Positions 55,437 to 56,306 of a DNA stretch of 56,306 nucleotides are shown here, piece by piece. A program made the translations under genes and the position numbers. The first letter of the stretch is position 1; every line of letters begins with the position of its first letter. The stretch comes from a virus. Lineage: Duplodnaviria; Caudoviricetes. The stretch covers positions 1 through 56,306 of IMG/VR virus record IMGVR_UViG_3300025888_000014. One strand, given 5' to 3'. The notes under the pieces are model-generated. The model was not told the DNA's origin. It was given only the letters and a program-made list of their open reading frames with translations, and searched no databases.

Positions 55437-56306
55437 ATGAAACGATTCATCTTCCTGGCCGTTTTTCTTTTTCAAACGTTGCTTTTCGCTCAGGCACCAC
55501 CGCCGTACTTCAATACATGGATCAAAGGGACCAGTAACCAGATCGTGGTTACGGCGAAGCCATACGGCGTTCAACTTTCTCTGGCGACGAATATTCCTTG
55601 GACGAATTGGACGCTTGGCGCGGGGACGAATATCTGGATCGTGACAAATGCCGGGAGTTACGATATCAACCTGATAACTACGAATCTTGTAGCGACATCG
55701 GGCTGGCCTACGACGTGGAACTGGTCGGCAATCCTGGCCACCGGCAATCTGTCCAACTGGTTCAACATCCCCACGAACTACGTGCCACCGCAAGCGGGGC
55801 ATGCGACCAATGCTGATCTGGCGACCTTGGCCTCTGGCGGCTGGCCGACGACGTGGAGCTTGGCGGCGAACATCACGGATGAGGGGACTGCGGCTTACTC
55901 GAATGCCACGGCGTTTGCACTGGCGGCGCACAACCAGGCGCTGAGCACGATTACGGGCGCTGGAACGATAGCGTCGAGGGCCAGCAACGACTTTCAACTT
56001 GCGGGATCATACCAGCCCACCGGGAACTACCAGACGGGCAGCCAGCCGCTGAGCAACCTGACGGCTAATCCTTCTTTGTACCAGGCCACGAACACCACGC
56101 TTACCCAGTGGGGGACGATACCCACGAACTACGTGCCGCCGCAAGCTGGCCACGCGACCAATGCGGACCTGGCGACCACGGCCTCTGGCGGCTGGCCGAC
56201 GACGTGGAGCTTGGCGGCGAACATCACGGATGAGGGGACTGCGGCTTACTCGAATGCCACGGCGTTTGCACTGGCGGCGCACAACCAGGCGCTGAGCACG
56301 ATTACG
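55437..56306 (+). CDS. N-terminal part of the giant fibre, with Sec-type signal peptide (runs off the window; absent from the track)
   Basis: 290 open codons: MKRFIFLAVFLFQTLLFA-QAPPPYFNTW...; alternative ATG at 55425. Confidence 0.85.
   Translation, partial: MKRFIFLAVFLFQTLLFAQAPPPYFNTWIKGTSNQIVVTAKPYGVQLSLATNIPWTNWTLGAGTNIWIVTNAGSYDINLITTNLVATSGWPTTWNWSAILATGNLSNWFNIPTNYVPPQAGHATNADLATLASGGWPTTWSLAANITDEGTAAYSNATAFALAAHNQALSTITGAGTIASRASNDFQLAGSYQPTGNYQTGSQPLSNLTANPSLYQATNTTLTQWGTIPTNYVPPQAGHATNADLATTASGGWPTTWSLAANITDEGTAAYSNATAFALAAHNQALSTIT
55770..56306 (+). repeat. 351-bp (117-aa) tandem repeat
   Basis: PTNYVPPQ units start at 55770 and 56121; 56180..56306 is identical to 55829..55955. 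Confidence 0.95.

Noticed and set aside
472-55997. Many antisense ORFs in the track (e.g. 472..1224, 41671..42597, 54631..55320, 55431..55997)
   Set aside because: They are shadows of longer, motif-bearing genes on the opposite strand.
1-56306. Diversity-generating retroelement acting on the fibre repeats
   Set aside because: No reverse transcriptase ORF; repeat differences are mostly synonymous and not adenine-specific.
1-56306. Stop-codon reassignment
   Set aside because: Long genes are intact in the standard code and all three stops terminate genes.
1-56306. Integrated prophage or host flanks
   Set aside because: No integrase, att-like boundary or housekeeping genes recognised; the ends join within one gene.

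Overview
The window reads as an essentially complete, circularly permuted ~56.3-kb tailed dsDNA phage genome of podovirus-like type. It encodes a large terminase, portal, major capsid protein, nozzle/adaptor and ejection proteins. I recognised no tape measure, integrase, DNA polymerase or reverse transcriptase. The contig is broken inside a 351-bp tandem repeat of a giant fibre gene that starts at 55437 and continues through 2..5209 (at least ~2030 aa). Other modules are a lysis-like membrane/lipoprotein cluster (5.2-7.2 kb), RecE-like nuclease plus Sak4-like ATPase, a replication initiator with iteron-like repeats plus primase-helicase, a SleB-like hydrolase, a ParB-Dam fusion, several HNH genes and a stand-alone sigma70 region-4 protein. 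A glycan cluster (GT9-like, DUF5672/RgpF-like fusion, NDP-sugar C-methyltransferase) sits among the head genes. Most notable: (1) the fibre has a Sec-type signal peptide and shares a strong Thr-Asn dipeptide excess with two other exported proteins, suggesting an exported and possibly glycosylated fibre; (2) two sequence-unrelated but architecturally identical promoter + leader peptide + antisense-hairpin switches precede HNH genes; (3) there are several leaderless sigma70 promoters and a tRNA-like intergenic element. All calls come from motif recognition by eye, with no database searches. A Verrucomicrobiota-like host is an inference only.
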